Assembly: GCA_002367635.1 (NCBI GenBank)
Contig: DFDI01000014.1
Span: 4,966 to 68,965 of the forward strand
Length of the DNA: 64,000 nucleotides
Direction: 5' to 3'
Source: Betaproteobacteria bacterium UBA3031
GTDB taxonomy: Bacteria; Pseudomonadota; Gammaproteobacteria; Burkholderiales; Eutrophovitaceae
How positions within the stretch are numbered: the first letter of the stretch is position 1; each line of letters opens with the position of its first letter. Under the pieces are notes generated by a model. It had not been told where the DNA came from and ran no database searches. It saw only the letters and a program-made list of their open reading frames with translations. Positions 43,786 to 52,420 of this stretch are shown here, piece after piece. A program made the translations under genes and the position numbers.

Positions 43786-43813
43786 AACTGAGGGCGAATT
43801 TTTTAATTTCAAG
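43786..43813 (-). promoter_or_regulatory. Possible sigma32-type promoter for grpE
   Basis: Minus strand reads CTTGAAA - 12 nt - CCCTCAGTT. The -35 element is perfect and the -10 element matches only partly. It lies 32 nt upstream of the grpE ATG. Confidence 0.4.
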
Positions 43814-43888
43814 TGCTGCATTAAGTAAATCCAGGTCTTTATTCTGATAATCTACTGTCTTAGCTGGCACGGAACTAATGGAGAAAAT

Positions 43889-44479
43889 ATGTGGCAACGA
43901 TCTTGTTTTAGGATTTGTACATCAATAATGCTCGTTATTTGCTGTGGGCTTGGTAATTCAGCGTTATCGGCGACTTCGGTCCACGTTGGGGCTAGTTCAT
44001 ATAGTGTTTCGGGGCAGTCTGCACTTATTTTGAGTGCTGAAATGGAATCCAAAGGACCAGTAGCTGATGATGGGCTGCGCCATCCGGCGAAAACGAAATG
44101 GGATTTGCAGTGGCGGTTCCAACAAAAAGAGTCTAATGTGGGCTGTGCAATCGACTCTATAGGGATTTCTCTGGGCATTACTCATACGAAGCCCATTTGG
44201 CGAGATAAAAATCAAGCCAGCCAGCTGTTGCTTGAACGGTGGACCTTATTTGAGAATGCGTTGACACAAATACAGGAGTATCACGTCGACCTTGCCCTCC
44301 AGGCTGCCACAGAAATTGAGGCAAGGGCGCTCAAGGTAACACCTCAAAAGAGTTGTGAGGAATTAGAGGTGATGATTGGAGCAATAGTGCACAACGTCAA
44401 AGAGAAGTATCGAAAATTAAAAGCTGATTATGAAATCAGTACCAATTATGGTCGGCGAGCGGGATTGAGTTTAATGTGA
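43889..44479 (+). CDS. Secreted DUF922-like protein (family annotated as predicted Zn-dependent protease) with a degenerate metal-binding motif
   Basis: 196 aa with a signal peptide and GGAG 8 nt upstream of the ATG. The overall pattern Y.V.G.S...L...M...GP ... T.W...W......C.I.S......P.W ... RW..F..AL ... SC..L ... DY..T..G...G matches my recollection of DUF922/COG5661. The family assignment is from memory, not from a search. Confidence 0.45.
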   Translation: MWQRSCFRICTSIMLVICCGLGNSALSATSVHVGASSYSVSGQSALILSAEMESKGPVADDGLRHPAKTKWDLQWRFQQKESNVGCAIDSIGISLGITHTKPIWRDKNQASQLLLERWTLFENALTQIQEYHVDLALQAATEIEARALKVTPQKSCEELEVMIGAIVHNVKEKYRKLKADYEISTNYGRRAGLSLM

Positions 44480-44494
44480 GCCATCGAGTGGCTC
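44478..44494. terminator. Hairpin between the convergent DUF922-like gene and hemH (no U-tract)
   Basis: GAGCCA (44478-44483) / TGGCTC (44489-44494), 5-nt loop. It overlaps the stop codon of the DUF922-like gene. Confidence 0.3.
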
Positions 44495-44505
44495 GTGTAC
44501 TGTAA

Positions 44506-45609
44506 TTAATTCGTTGCTCCTCGTTTTAGGGCTTCCGATCGGCTTATATTTGCTTCGTTTTTAGCGTCTATGAGGGTTTCCCCCTCGGATAGCCAACCCC
44601 CAAGATTGTCAATGGCAATTTGGTGCAAGCCTTCGATCCAAATGGGGCTGTCATTTAGGCACGGAATGTAGTGAAACTCTCCGCCCCCATGGGTAAGAAA
44701 CTCTTCTCGGTTTTCCATATTGATTTCTTCAAGTGTCTCTAAGCAGTCCGCAACAAACCCTGGGCAAAAAACGTCAATTCGGCGTAACTTGTGTTTGCCC
44801 AAGTCCTTCATGGCCTCTATGGTGTATGGCTTCAGCCATTCGGCTCTACCGAATCTAGATTGAAACGTTGTAACAATATTTTCAGGCTCCAAATCCAATT
44901 TTTCAGCGAGAAGTCGACTCGATTTATAACACTCGCAATGATAAGGGTCGCCTTTTGTCAGGCTGAATTTTGGCACGCCGTGGTACGAGAGGACTAATTT
45001 TTCTGGTTTACCGTGAGCGGCCCAGTATTGCTGTATCCGTTGTGACAGCGCCTCTATATAGCCACTGTGGTCGTGAAAGTTTTTCAATAAGCGAATACTC
45101 GGTAAGTTCCGAATATTTTTGAGGCTCTTAAAAACCGCATCAAAAATGCTGCCTGTGGTGCTAGAATTATATTGAGGGTAGAGTGGAATGACTAATATTC
45201 TGTCGCAGCCCTCAGCTCTTAGTTTGGCCAGTTCACCATCGACGGACGGTTGTCCGTAGCGCATCGCCGATTTGACAATAACTGGGGAAAATGAGTTGTC
45301 AGTAAACTTTGACTGCAGGAGCTCAGCTTGTTTTTCGGTGTAGATTCTTAACGGTGACCCTTTATCGGACCAGATTGAGGCATATTTTTTTGCGGAGGCT
45401 TTGGGTCTGGTTCTCAAGATAATGCCGTTTAGGATCAGCCACCATATTGGTCTTGGGATTTCAACAACCCTAGGGTCCCACAAAAATTCACCAAGGTACT
45501 CTCTAACCGCTCGCTTGGTGGGCGCCTCAGGGGTTCCTAAATTTACTAATAAGATGCCAATTTTGGCAATTGATCCGTGGCTGTATTCGGGTTCTTTTTG
45601 GAGTTTCAT
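44506..45609 (-). CDS. hemH: Ferrochelatase
   Basis: 367 aa with GILLVNLGTP, PLYPQYS..TTGS and SYHG.P. It lies 31 nt downstream of hrcA on the same strand. Confidence 0.93.
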   Translation of the reverse strand: MKLQKEPEYSHGSIAKIGILLVNLGTPEAPTKRAVREYLGEFLWDPRVVEIPRPIWWLILNGIILRTRPKASAKKYASIWSDKGSPLRIYTEKQAELLQSKFTDNSFSPVIVKSAMRYGQPSVDGELAKLRAEGCDRILVIPLYPQYNSSTTGSIFDAVFKSLKNIRNLPSIRLLKNFHDHSGYIEALSQRIQQYWAAHGKPEKLVLSYHGVPKFSLTKGDPYHCECYKSSRLLAEKLDLEPENIVTTFQSRFGRAEWLKPYTIEAMKDLGKHKLRRIDVFCPGFVADCLETLEEINMENREEFLTHGGGEFHYIPCLNDSPIWIEGLHQIAIDNLGGWLSEGETLIDAKNEANISRSEALKRGATN

Positions 45610-45640
45610 TTAGTTAGTTGGGTTGCCGGAAAATAAAAAG

Positions 45641-46657
45641 TTAGGATTGAGAAAGCGCCCCAGATAAAAGTTTCGCCGTGATGTCTACGATGGGGATAAC
45701 CCGCTCATAGGCCATGCGGGTTGGCCCTATGACGCCGACGGTGCCGACAATTTTCCCGTCGACTTCGTAGGGTGCCGTCACGACACTACATTCGTCTAAG
45801 GGAACCAAGCCAGATTCTCCGCCAATATAAATTTGAATGCCGCGGGCTCTATCGCTGGTGTCAAGCAGTTGGAGAATCCCGGTTTTTTTATCAAACATGT
45901 CAAACAGAGTTCTCAGGCTGTCTATATTGGTTGAAAGATCGGGAACGCTCAATAAATTCTTTTCTCCAGAGACGATATATTCTTCGGCTTTGAATGCATT
46001 TTCTTCGCCAGCTGATATCGCCAGCGTCATCAGCTGAGAAATGTTTTCCTTAAGTTTTTTTAATTCAGTTTGAATGCGGGACTTAATAGCGTCAAAAGAC
46101 ATGCCTGCATAATTTTGGTTTAGATAGTTAGTCGCCTCTACGAGCTCGGAATCTGAAAATTTACGCGAGGAGTCTAGGACCTTATTCTGCACGTCTCCAT
46201 CAGGGGTAACCACGATCAGTAATACGCGTTTGTCAGATAATGAAACAAATTCTATGCGTCGAAAAGAAGTGCTGTGCCTAGAAGGCGATTTGACCACGCC
46301 GGCAAATTGAGTCAGGTTTGAGAGTAGTTGAGACGCGGTTGTGATCAGCCGGTCAGCGCTATCTGGTAGAAAGTGATCCTCAATCTGGTGTAGTTCAATT
46401 GAATCTAAAGGTTGAACTGTAAGTAATGAGTCCACGAAAAAACGATAACCGCGTGGAGTCGGGATTCTGCCTGATGAGGCATGTGGGCTGGCGATGAAGC
46501 CGGTTTCTTCAAGGTCAGCCATGATGTTGCGGATGCTGGCGGGGCTGAGTTCCAGTCCGGACGATTTTGCGAGTTGCCGAGAACCAATGGGCTGGCCATC
46601 AGAAATATGCTTTTCTATGAGTGATTTCAGTAAAATTCGGGATCTTTCATTCATCAT
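45641..46657 (-). CDS. hrcA: Heat-inducible transcription repressor HrcA
   Basis: 338 aa with the N-terminal winged-helix pattern ERSRILLKSLIEKHISDGQPIGSRQLAK...SPASIRN.MADLEE.GF and the C-terminal pattern IGPTRM.Y. Confidence 0.92.
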   Translation of the reverse strand: MMNERSRILLKSLIEKHISDGQPIGSRQLAKSSGLELSPASIRNIMADLEETGFIASPHASSGRIPTPRGYRFFVDSLLTVQPLDSIELHQIEDHFLPDSADRLITTASQLLSNLTQFAGVVKSPSRHSTSFRRIEFVSLSDKRVLLIVVTPDGDVQNKVLDSSRKFSDSELVEATNYLNQNYAGMSFDAIKSRIQTELKKLKENISQLMTLAISAGEENAFKAEEYIVSGEKNLLSVPDLSTNIDSLRTLFDMFDKKTGILQLLDTSDRARGIQIYIGGESGLVPLDECSVVTAPYEVDGKIVGTVGVIGPTRMAYERVIPIVDITAKLLSGALSQS

Positions 46658-46751
46658 TCATTCATTTTACAAAGTTTTTGTCTGAGCTTTAGGTTTTTTT
46701 ATGCTTTAGAATTTGCGATGATACAAACTATCTCTCGTGTATAACGTAAAT

Positions 46752-47621
46752 ATGAATAAATTTAATCGGGTTTGTATAGTTGGTAAATATAAAAGTCCTG
46801 AGGTTGCGCGTCCCGTGGCCCAGGTGATTGAATTCCTTCAAGGGGAGGGGGTTAGTTGTTTGGTTGATGATTTGACCGCTCAGCAGCTATCTGGATTCAA
46901 GGTCGACTCGGGGACGATGGATGAGGTGGTCAGCCGCAGCGATCTCGTTGTGGTTTTAGGTGGGGATGGGACGTTACTGGGCCTCGCGCGAACGGCCGCT
47001 ACGCACAGTGTACCCCTTCTAGGGATCAATCTGGGTCGTTTAGGATTTTTGGCGGATATCTCTCTTGACAAAATGGTAGACAGTTTGCGCGCAGTTCAAC
47101 AAGGGGAGTATGTCATTGACGACCGGGTCATGCTGGATGTCAGGATTGATGATGAGCCTGGAACTGGGGTATGGGCTCTTAACGATATTTCAGTGGGTAA
47201 GGGGCAGAGTGGTAGCCTTATTCAAATGAAGGTTACTATTGATGGAGAGTTCGCTTACGACCTTCGGTCTGATGGATTGGTGGTATCAACTCCGACGGGA
47301 TCTACGGCTTATGCTCTTTCTGCGGGCGGACCCATTATTGCGCCATCTGTGGACTGTATTTTGCTGGTCCCAGTGTGCCCTCACTCACTTTCAAACCGGC
47401 CTATTGTTATCCCGGGTAGTTCAATAGTTGAGATTGAAATAATGGAAGCCGTCGATGCGCGCGTGCATATCGACAGCCACACCCATGTGAATATCCGAGA
47501 GGGCGGGCGTCTTATGATTAAAGTGGCAACCTCCAAAGTTCGACTTGTTCATTCTAATGGGCACGAGTACTTTGGTACTCTTCGCGAGAAGCTGCATTGG
47601 GCAGGAACGATAGGATCGTAA
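46752..47621 (+). CDS. nadK: NAD kinase
   Basis: GGDGT motif (VVVLGGDGTLLG), NLGRLGFL and STPTGSTAY. The likely start is ATG 46752 (the ORF track gives GTG 46737). Confidence 0.92.
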   Translation: MNKFNRVCIVGKYKSPEVARPVAQVIEFLQGEGVSCLVDDLTAQQLSGFKVDSGTMDEVVSRSDLVVVLGGDGTLLGLARTAATHSVPLLGINLGRLGFLADISLDKMVDSLRAVQQGEYVIDDRVMLDVRIDDEPGTGVWALNDISVGKGQSGSLIQMKVTIDGEFAYDLRSDGLVVSTPTGSTAYALSAGGPIIAPSVDCILLVPVCPHSLSNRPIVIPGSSIVEIEIMEAVDARVHIDSHTHVNIREGGRLMIKVATSKVRLVHSNGHEYFGTLREKLHWAGTIGS

Positions 47622-47640
47622 CGTTGCAGAAAGTTGTTTT

Positions 47641-49299
47641 ATGTTGACCCGATTAACGGTTAAAGATTATGTTCTGATCGATTCGGTTGAGCTTGACTTA
47701 GATCGTGGTTTTACTGTCCTTACTGGAGAAACAGGAGCGGGAAAATCGATTGTTTTAGGGGCGATCAGTCTCATTTTGGGCGGCCGTTCTGATGCAGGCA
47801 ACATAAGAGCCGGCTCGAACCGAGCTGATATCGTCGCAGAGTTTGATGTGTCGAGTCTGCCCCATGTTTTTACTTTTTTGGAAGAGTCTGACTTAGGTGT
47901 TGAGGATTGCGTGCTAAGGCGCGTTATCGATACCTCGGGTCGTTCGCGGGCCTGGATTAATGGAGTCCCCGTAACTGTGAAGCAACTCAGAGATCTAGGT
48001 GTTTTGCTTGTTGATATCCATGGTCAGCACGAGCACTATTCTTTGGTTGATTCATCGTCTCACTGTCAGGTCTTGGATCGTTTCGGTCATCTTTCGGGTT
48101 CGGTGGTGCATGTAGAGGAATGTTGGCAATATTGGCGATCTGCAAAAGCGGAGCTATCTCAATGCCTGGCACAAGCTGATGCATTAAAGCAAAAAATAGA
48201 GGGGTTTCTTGAAACAAAAAACGACTTAGATGCGTTAGATTTTTCGCCGCAAGAGTGGCGTCAAACGGTTGATCAACACCGTAAATTGAGCAATCTCAAT
48301 GAGCTAATTAGTGCGGCCAGCGAATCAGTACATTTGCTTGGGGATGGTGATCAAAACATTCTCTCCATTCTTGCCGACGTTCGGTCGAAGCTTGATCGGG
48401 TGGCTGAAGTTGATCCTCAAATTGGTCTGATGTTAAAAGATCTTGAAAGCTTGGAGATTCAACTGTCTGAGTTTAATCGAGATCTTCGTCGATACGCGGA
48501 ATCTTTAGATGTGGACCCGAGCATGGCCGACCTTTTAGATAAAAGGATTGCTGATGTACAAAGATGTGCGCGCAAATATGGCGTTTCTCCAGATGAATTA
48601 TCTCAACTGAGATCGAGCGTAGAGCTTGAGCTTGAGCAGTTAGCTGTGAATACGGATGCTAAAGAGCTTCATCAAGCGGAAGCTGTTGCGCAAGATCGCT
48701 ACCTTACGGCGGCTCGGAAATTGAGCTCAGATCGGACAAAGGCATCAGCTGAAATGACGCAAAAGGTTAATGCCGCCCTCACGGATTTGGCTATGTCTGG
48801 CGTTCGGTTTGAGGCTCGAGTCATCCCTAAAAGTGAACCTGGTTTGAATGGGCTTGAGCAGGTAGAGTTTTATGTATCGACTAATCCGGGTGCTGAGGCC
48901 AAGCCCGTGGGTAAGGTCGCGTCAGGTGGGGAGTTATCTCGAATATCGCTTGCGATACAGTCGGTCATTTACCAAGATTCTGCCGTACCTACGGTGATAT
49001 TTGATGAGGTTGATTCAGGAGTCGGAGGCGCAGTTGCTGAAATTGTTGGCAGGATGTTGAAGGCTGTAGGAGAAAGAGCGCAAGTTTTATGCGTAACGCA
49101 TTTGCCTCAAGTGGCTGCTCTTGCTGATTCCCATTGGAGGGTCTCAAAAGTTCAGTCAGAATCTGTGTCCAGCACGCTTTTACTAAGACTTCAGCCTAAA
49201 GAGTGCGTGGATGAGGTTGCTAGAATGCTGGCGGGTGAAGTAATTTCAGAGCAGGCCAGAGCTCATGCTCGTGAATTGATTAAGTTAGGATTAAGGTAA
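47641..49299 (+). CDS. recN: DNA repair protein RecN
   Basis: Walker A GETGAGKS, a long coiled-coil, the signature ASGGELSR, and Walker B VIFDEVD. Confidence 0.95.
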   Translation: MLTRLTVKDYVLIDSVELDLDRGFTVLTGETGAGKSIVLGAISLILGGRSDAGNIRAGSNRADIVAEFDVSSLPHVFTFLEESDLGVEDCVLRRVIDTSGRSRAWINGVPVTVKQLRDLGVLLVDIHGQHEHYSLVDSSSHCQVLDRFGHLSGSVVHVEECWQYWRSAKAELSQCLAQADALKQKIEGFLETKNDLDALDFSPQEWRQTVDQHRKLSNLNELISAASESVHLLGDGDQNILSILADVRSKLDRVAEVDPQIGLMLKDLESLEIQLSEFNRDLRRYAESLDVDPSMADLLDKRIADVQRCARKYGVSPDELSQLRSSVELELEQLAVNTDAKELHQAEAVAQDRYLTAARKLSSDRTKASAEMTQKVNAALTDLAMSGVRFEARVIPKSEPGLNGLEQVEFYVSTNPGAEAKPVGKVASGGELSRISLAIQSVIYQDSAVPTVIFDEVDSGVGGAVAEIVGRMLKAVGERAQVLCVTHLPQVAALADSHWRVSKVQSESVSSTLLLRLQPKECVDEVARMLAGEVISEQARAHARELIKLGLR

Positions 49300-49318
49300 G
49301 GTCATTTTCTGTGGGTCT

Positions 49319-49750
49319 TTAGCTTTTATCTTTATGTGGACAGTTTGACTTGGTGCAGTCGGCGTAAATGTGCAGAGAGTGCCCGAGAATTTTAAAGCCC
49401 CTATCTTTTGCGATATTTGTTTGTCGGAGCTCGATCTCCTCGTCATAGAACTCCTCCACTCGGCCGCATTGGTTGCATACCAGATGATCGTGGTGCTCCC
49501 CCTGATCGAGTTCGTAGACGGCTTTGCCTGATTCAAAGTGGTGTCGCATGAGAATGCCAGCTTGCTCGAATTGTGTGAGTACCCGATAGACCGTAGCTAG
49601 CCCAACGTCCATATCATCCTCTAAGAGGTGGCGATAAATGTCCTCTGCCGAGAGGTGTCGCGCAGTTGACGTTTCAAAAACGTTAATTATCTTTAAGCGG
49701 GGCAGTGTTGCCTTGAGCCCCATGTTTTTCAGGTCTAATGGTGTTTTCAT
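49319..49750 (-). CDS. fur: Ferric uptake regulator
   Basis: 143 aa with ATVYRVL..FE.AG, HHDHLVC..CG and a C-terminal Cys/His cluster. Confidence 0.93.
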   Translation of the reverse strand: MKTPLDLKNMGLKATLPRLKIINVFETSTARHLSAEDIYRHLLEDDMDVGLATVYRVLTQFEQAGILMRHHFESGKAVYELDQGEHHDHLVCNQCGRVEEFYDEEIELRQTNIAKDRGFKILGHSLHIYADCTKSNCPHKDKS

Positions 49751-49828
49751 GGCAGTGTAATTCTTCCGAGTTTAGCCTATCATAACGTTTTCGCTGGATA
49801 TTGACTAACCTTGAGGTTTAAATTTCGC

Positions 49829-50179
49829 ATGACTGGATTCTTTACTCGTAACTTTAAGGGCTTGAGCGCTATCGCCCTCACATTTTTTCTATCCTCATGT
49901 TTCCTTTCCCCCTACAAAATGGAAGTTAGGCAGGGGAATCAAGTCGACCAGGACATGCTAACGAAGCTTAAGCCAGGCATGTCGAAGGATCAGGTAACTT
50001 TTATTTTGGGGACCCCTCTCGTGATTGATCCCCTCACACCGAACCATTGGAACTATGTGTACTTAACCGGGGCGGCTGGTGACGTCAAACGGGAGAGAAC
50101 GATAGTTGTTATCTTTGAGCAGGATCTATTGAAGGGATTAGAGGGTGACGTGGTGGTGGAAAACTGGGTGAATGAGTGA
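49829..50179 (+). CDS. bamE: Outer membrane protein assembly factor BamE (SmpA/OmlA lipoprotein)
   Basis: Lipobox LSSC, then YKMEVRQGNQVDQDMLTKLKPGMSKDQV.FILGTP. The start is ATG 49829 or TTG 49811. Confidence 0.88.
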   Translation: MTGFFTRNFKGLSAIALTFFLSSCFLSPYKMEVRQGNQVDQDMLTKLKPGMSKDQVTFILGTPLVIDPLTPNHWNYVYLTGAAGDVKRERTIVVIFEQDLLKGLEGDVVVENWVNE

Positions 50180-50240
50180 GGAGAGGCATCATGGGCTCCG
50201 AATTAACAGATTTAAGAGTTAGCCAACTGAGAATGTCGTT

Positions 50241-51044
50241 ATGAATAAATTAAAAATTGCTGTATGTGGTGCCTCAGGAAAGATGGGGCGTGCCTTAATT
50301 AGCGCTATTCGAGATGATGACGTGCTTACGTTGGCTGGTGCTTTGGAGCTGCCAGGCAACCCCTATTTGGGCAAGGATGCCGGCGCGCTACTCGGGTTTG
50401 AATCAGGCGTGAACATATCATCAGATATTGCGTTTGTCGCTGATGGGGCAGAAGTTTTGATTGATTTTACAAGGCCCGAGGGGACGCTGCGACATTTGGA
50501 GGCTTGTGTGTCCAATAAGACTGCTATGGTTATTGGCACAACAGGTTTTTCGGATCAGGAAAAGGAAGCTATCAAGCATGCCGCTGAGACTATTCCTGTT
50601 GTGATGGCGCCCAATATGAGTGTTGGCGTTAACGTTTTGTTGCGGTTATTAAAAGTGGCCTCTCAAGCGCTCGACTCGGGTTATGACATCGAGATTATTG
50701 AGGCACATCATAAACATAAAGTTGATGCTCCATCTGGAACCGCTTTGCGAATGGGCGAGGTCATTGCTGAGTCTTTGGGAAGAAATCTGTCGGAATGTGC
50801 GGTGTATGGCCGAGAGGGGGATACTGGTGAGCGTGATCAAAAGACGATTGGATTTTCCGCCGTGCGGGCGGGAGATATCGTAGGCGAGCATACCGCCATA
50901 TTTGCTGGGACGGGGGAGCGAATCGAAATTACTCACAAAGCCTCGGACAGGAGTAACTTTGCGGTCGGAGCTATCAGGGCGGCAAAGTTTTTGTCAGGGA
51001 AGAGTAAAGGTCTGTTTGATATGGAAGATGTTCTTGGCAACTAG
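50241..51044 (+). CDS. dapB: 4-hydroxy-tetrahydrodipicolinate reductase
   Basis: [17 protein letters not shown] and [15 protein letters not shown]. Confidence 0.95.
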   Translation: MNKLKIAVCGASGKMGRALISAIRDDDVLTLAGALELPGNPYLGKDAGALLGFESGVNISSDIAFVADGAEVLIDFTRPEGTLRHLEACVSNKTAMVIGTTGFSDQEKEAIKHAAETIPVVMAPNMSVGVNVLLRLLKVASQALDSGYDIEIIEAHHKHKVDAPSGTALRMGEVIAESLGRNLSECAVYGREGDTGERDQKTIGFSAVRAGDIVGEHTAIFAGTGERIEITHKASDRSNFAVGAIRAAKFLSGKSKGLFDMEDVLGN

Positions 51045-51116
51045 TCGTTCTTAGGATTGCAACCTCTTCTGCATCCAAGAGTTTGCTCATTTAGTGCAGT
51101 TAGTACGTTGTTACGA

Positions 51117-51146
51117 TTGATCGATCGTTCCATCCGGCTGTATAAT
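51117..51146 (+). promoter_or_regulatory. Candidate sigma70 promoter in the dapB-carA spacer
   Basis: TTGATC (51117-51122), 18-nt spacer, TATAAT (51141-51146). Confidence 0.45.
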
Positions 51147-51156
51147 GTTGGCCAGG

Positions 51157-51190
51157 CGGGAGGAACGCAAGGCGATTCCTCCCGTTTTTT
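51157..51190 (+). terminator. Strong intrinsic terminator / candidate attenuator upstream of carA
   Basis: CGGGAGGAA (51157-51165) pairs with TTCCTCCCG (51176-51184). The 10-nt loop CGCAAGGCGA can add about 3 more bp. G plus T6 (51185-51190) follows. Confidence 0.7.
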
Positions 51191-51246
51191 GCAGGTGCCG
51201 TAAAGGCGCCGCGTCCCCCCCAATTAAATTTGTCCATGGAGGTCGA

Positions 51247-52401
51247 TTGTCGTATCAAAAATGTGATCCAGCGATCTTGGTTCTTGAGGACGGGACTGTA
51301 TTTCAAGGTTTTTCAATAGGGTCGGCGCAGTCCGCCGTTGGTGAGGTGGTTTTTAATACCTCAATGACGGGATACCAGGAAATTCTCACTGATCCTTCGT
51401 ACCAAAATCAAATTGTCACATTGACGTACCCGCATATTGGAAGTGTTGGGTGTAACGAAGAGGATTTCGAATCAGTTGCCGCTCGAGCTGCGGGACTTGT
51501 GATTCGCGACTTACCATTAGTGGCGAGTAATTTCCGTTCGACAGGCTGTTTGAGTGATTGGTTAAAGGACCAAAAGGTACCAGCTATTGCCGGTATCGAT
51601 ACTCGAAAGCTAACGAGGTTGCTTCGCGAGAAGGGCGCGCTATCGGGTGCAATAGGTGTAGGGGATAGTGGGCAGGCTGATCTGTTGCAGCGTGTTCGTG
51701 CTTTTCCAGGTTTAGCCGGCAGTGATTTGGCAAGCCAGGTGTCTTGTGATCGCGTGTACGAGTGGGGCGAGCCAGAGTGGCTCCTTGGCCCTGAGTTGCG
51801 GCAAAACACGGACCCTGTCCGACATGTTGTTGCGTATGACTTTGGGGTGAAGCGCAACATCCTCAGGATGTTGGTCTCTCGTGGTTGCCGCGTTACCGTA
51901 GTCCCTGCGACCACTCCAGCTCAAGTCGTACTCCGCATGGAGCCTGATGGCGTGTTCTTGTCAAACGGCCCTGGAGACCCTGAGCCCTGCACTTATGCCA
52001 TTGAAGCGATCCAACAATTATTGGGTCAAGGGGTGCCTATCTTTGGTATTTGTTTGGGGCATCAACTGCTCGCTCTCGCTAGTGGAGCCAAAACGCGAAA
52101 AATGAAATTTGGACATCACGGTGCTAATCATCCAGTAAAGGATTTGGACACAGGTCAGGTATTAATTACAAGTCAAAACCATGGCTTTGAAGTTGATCAA
52201 AATTCTTTGCCTAGTTCAGTCCGAACTACGCATATTTCCTTGTTCGATGGGAGTTTGCAGGGGATTGAGCGGTCGGACTTGCCCGCTTTTTCTTTTCAGG
52301 GTCACCCTGAGGCAAGTCCCGGACCTCATGATGTGGGTTATTTGTTTGACCGTTTTGTGGACAATATCGATAGAGAAAAAACAATCAGAAACAAGCTGTA
52401 G
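51247..52401 (+). CDS. carA: Carbamoyl-phosphate synthase small (glutaminase) subunit
   Basis: [35 protein letters not shown] and the catalytic Cys in GICLGHQ. The likely start is TTG 51247, preceded by GGAGG (51238-51242). The ORF track start at ATG 51145 adds 34 non-homologous residues. Confidence 0.93.
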   Translation: MSYQKCDPAILVLEDGTVFQGFSIGSAQSAVGEVVFNTSMTGYQEILTDPSYQNQIVTLTYPHIGSVGCNEEDFESVAARAAGLVIRDLPLVASNFRSTGCLSDWLKDQKVPAIAGIDTRKLTRLLREKGALSGAIGVGDSGQADLLQRVRAFPGLAGSDLASQVSCDRVYEWGEPEWLLGPELRQNTDPVRHVVAYDFGVKRNILRMLVSRGCRVTVVPATTPAQVVLRMEPDGVFLSNGPGDPEPCTYAIEAIQQLLGQGVPIFGICLGHQLLALASGAKTRKMKFGHHGANHPVKDLDTGQVLITSQNHGFEVDQNSLPSSVRTTHISLFDGSLQGIERSDLPAFSFQGHPEASPGPHDVGYLFDRFVDNIDREKTIRNKL

Positions 52402-52420
52402 GTAACGCTGGGAAAACTTC

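Noticed and set aside
47560-47640. Search for a LexA SOS box (CTGT-N8-ACAG) upstream of recN
   Set aside because: Only CTGCATTGGGCAG (CTG-N7-CAG, wrong spacing) is present at the nadK 3' end. recN starts 19 nt after nadK, so it may simply be co-transcribed. No SOS box can be claimed.
49751-49810. Fur box in the fur-bamE divergent spacer (autoregulation)
   Set aside because: Only a partial TATCATAAC resemblance to the GATAATGATAATCATTATC consensus is present, which is not enough to call.
51145-51246. In-frame Arg-rich upstream extension of carA ([24 protein letters not shown]...), considered as a possible arginine-sensing leader peptide running through the terminator hairpin
   Set aside because: The ATG is part of the TATAATG -10 candidate and has no SD. 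The ORF has no stop of its own because it fuses into carA. The extension has no similarity to CarA N-termini, whereas TTG 51247 has a well-placed GGAGG. It is kept only as an alternative inside the carA-leader finding.
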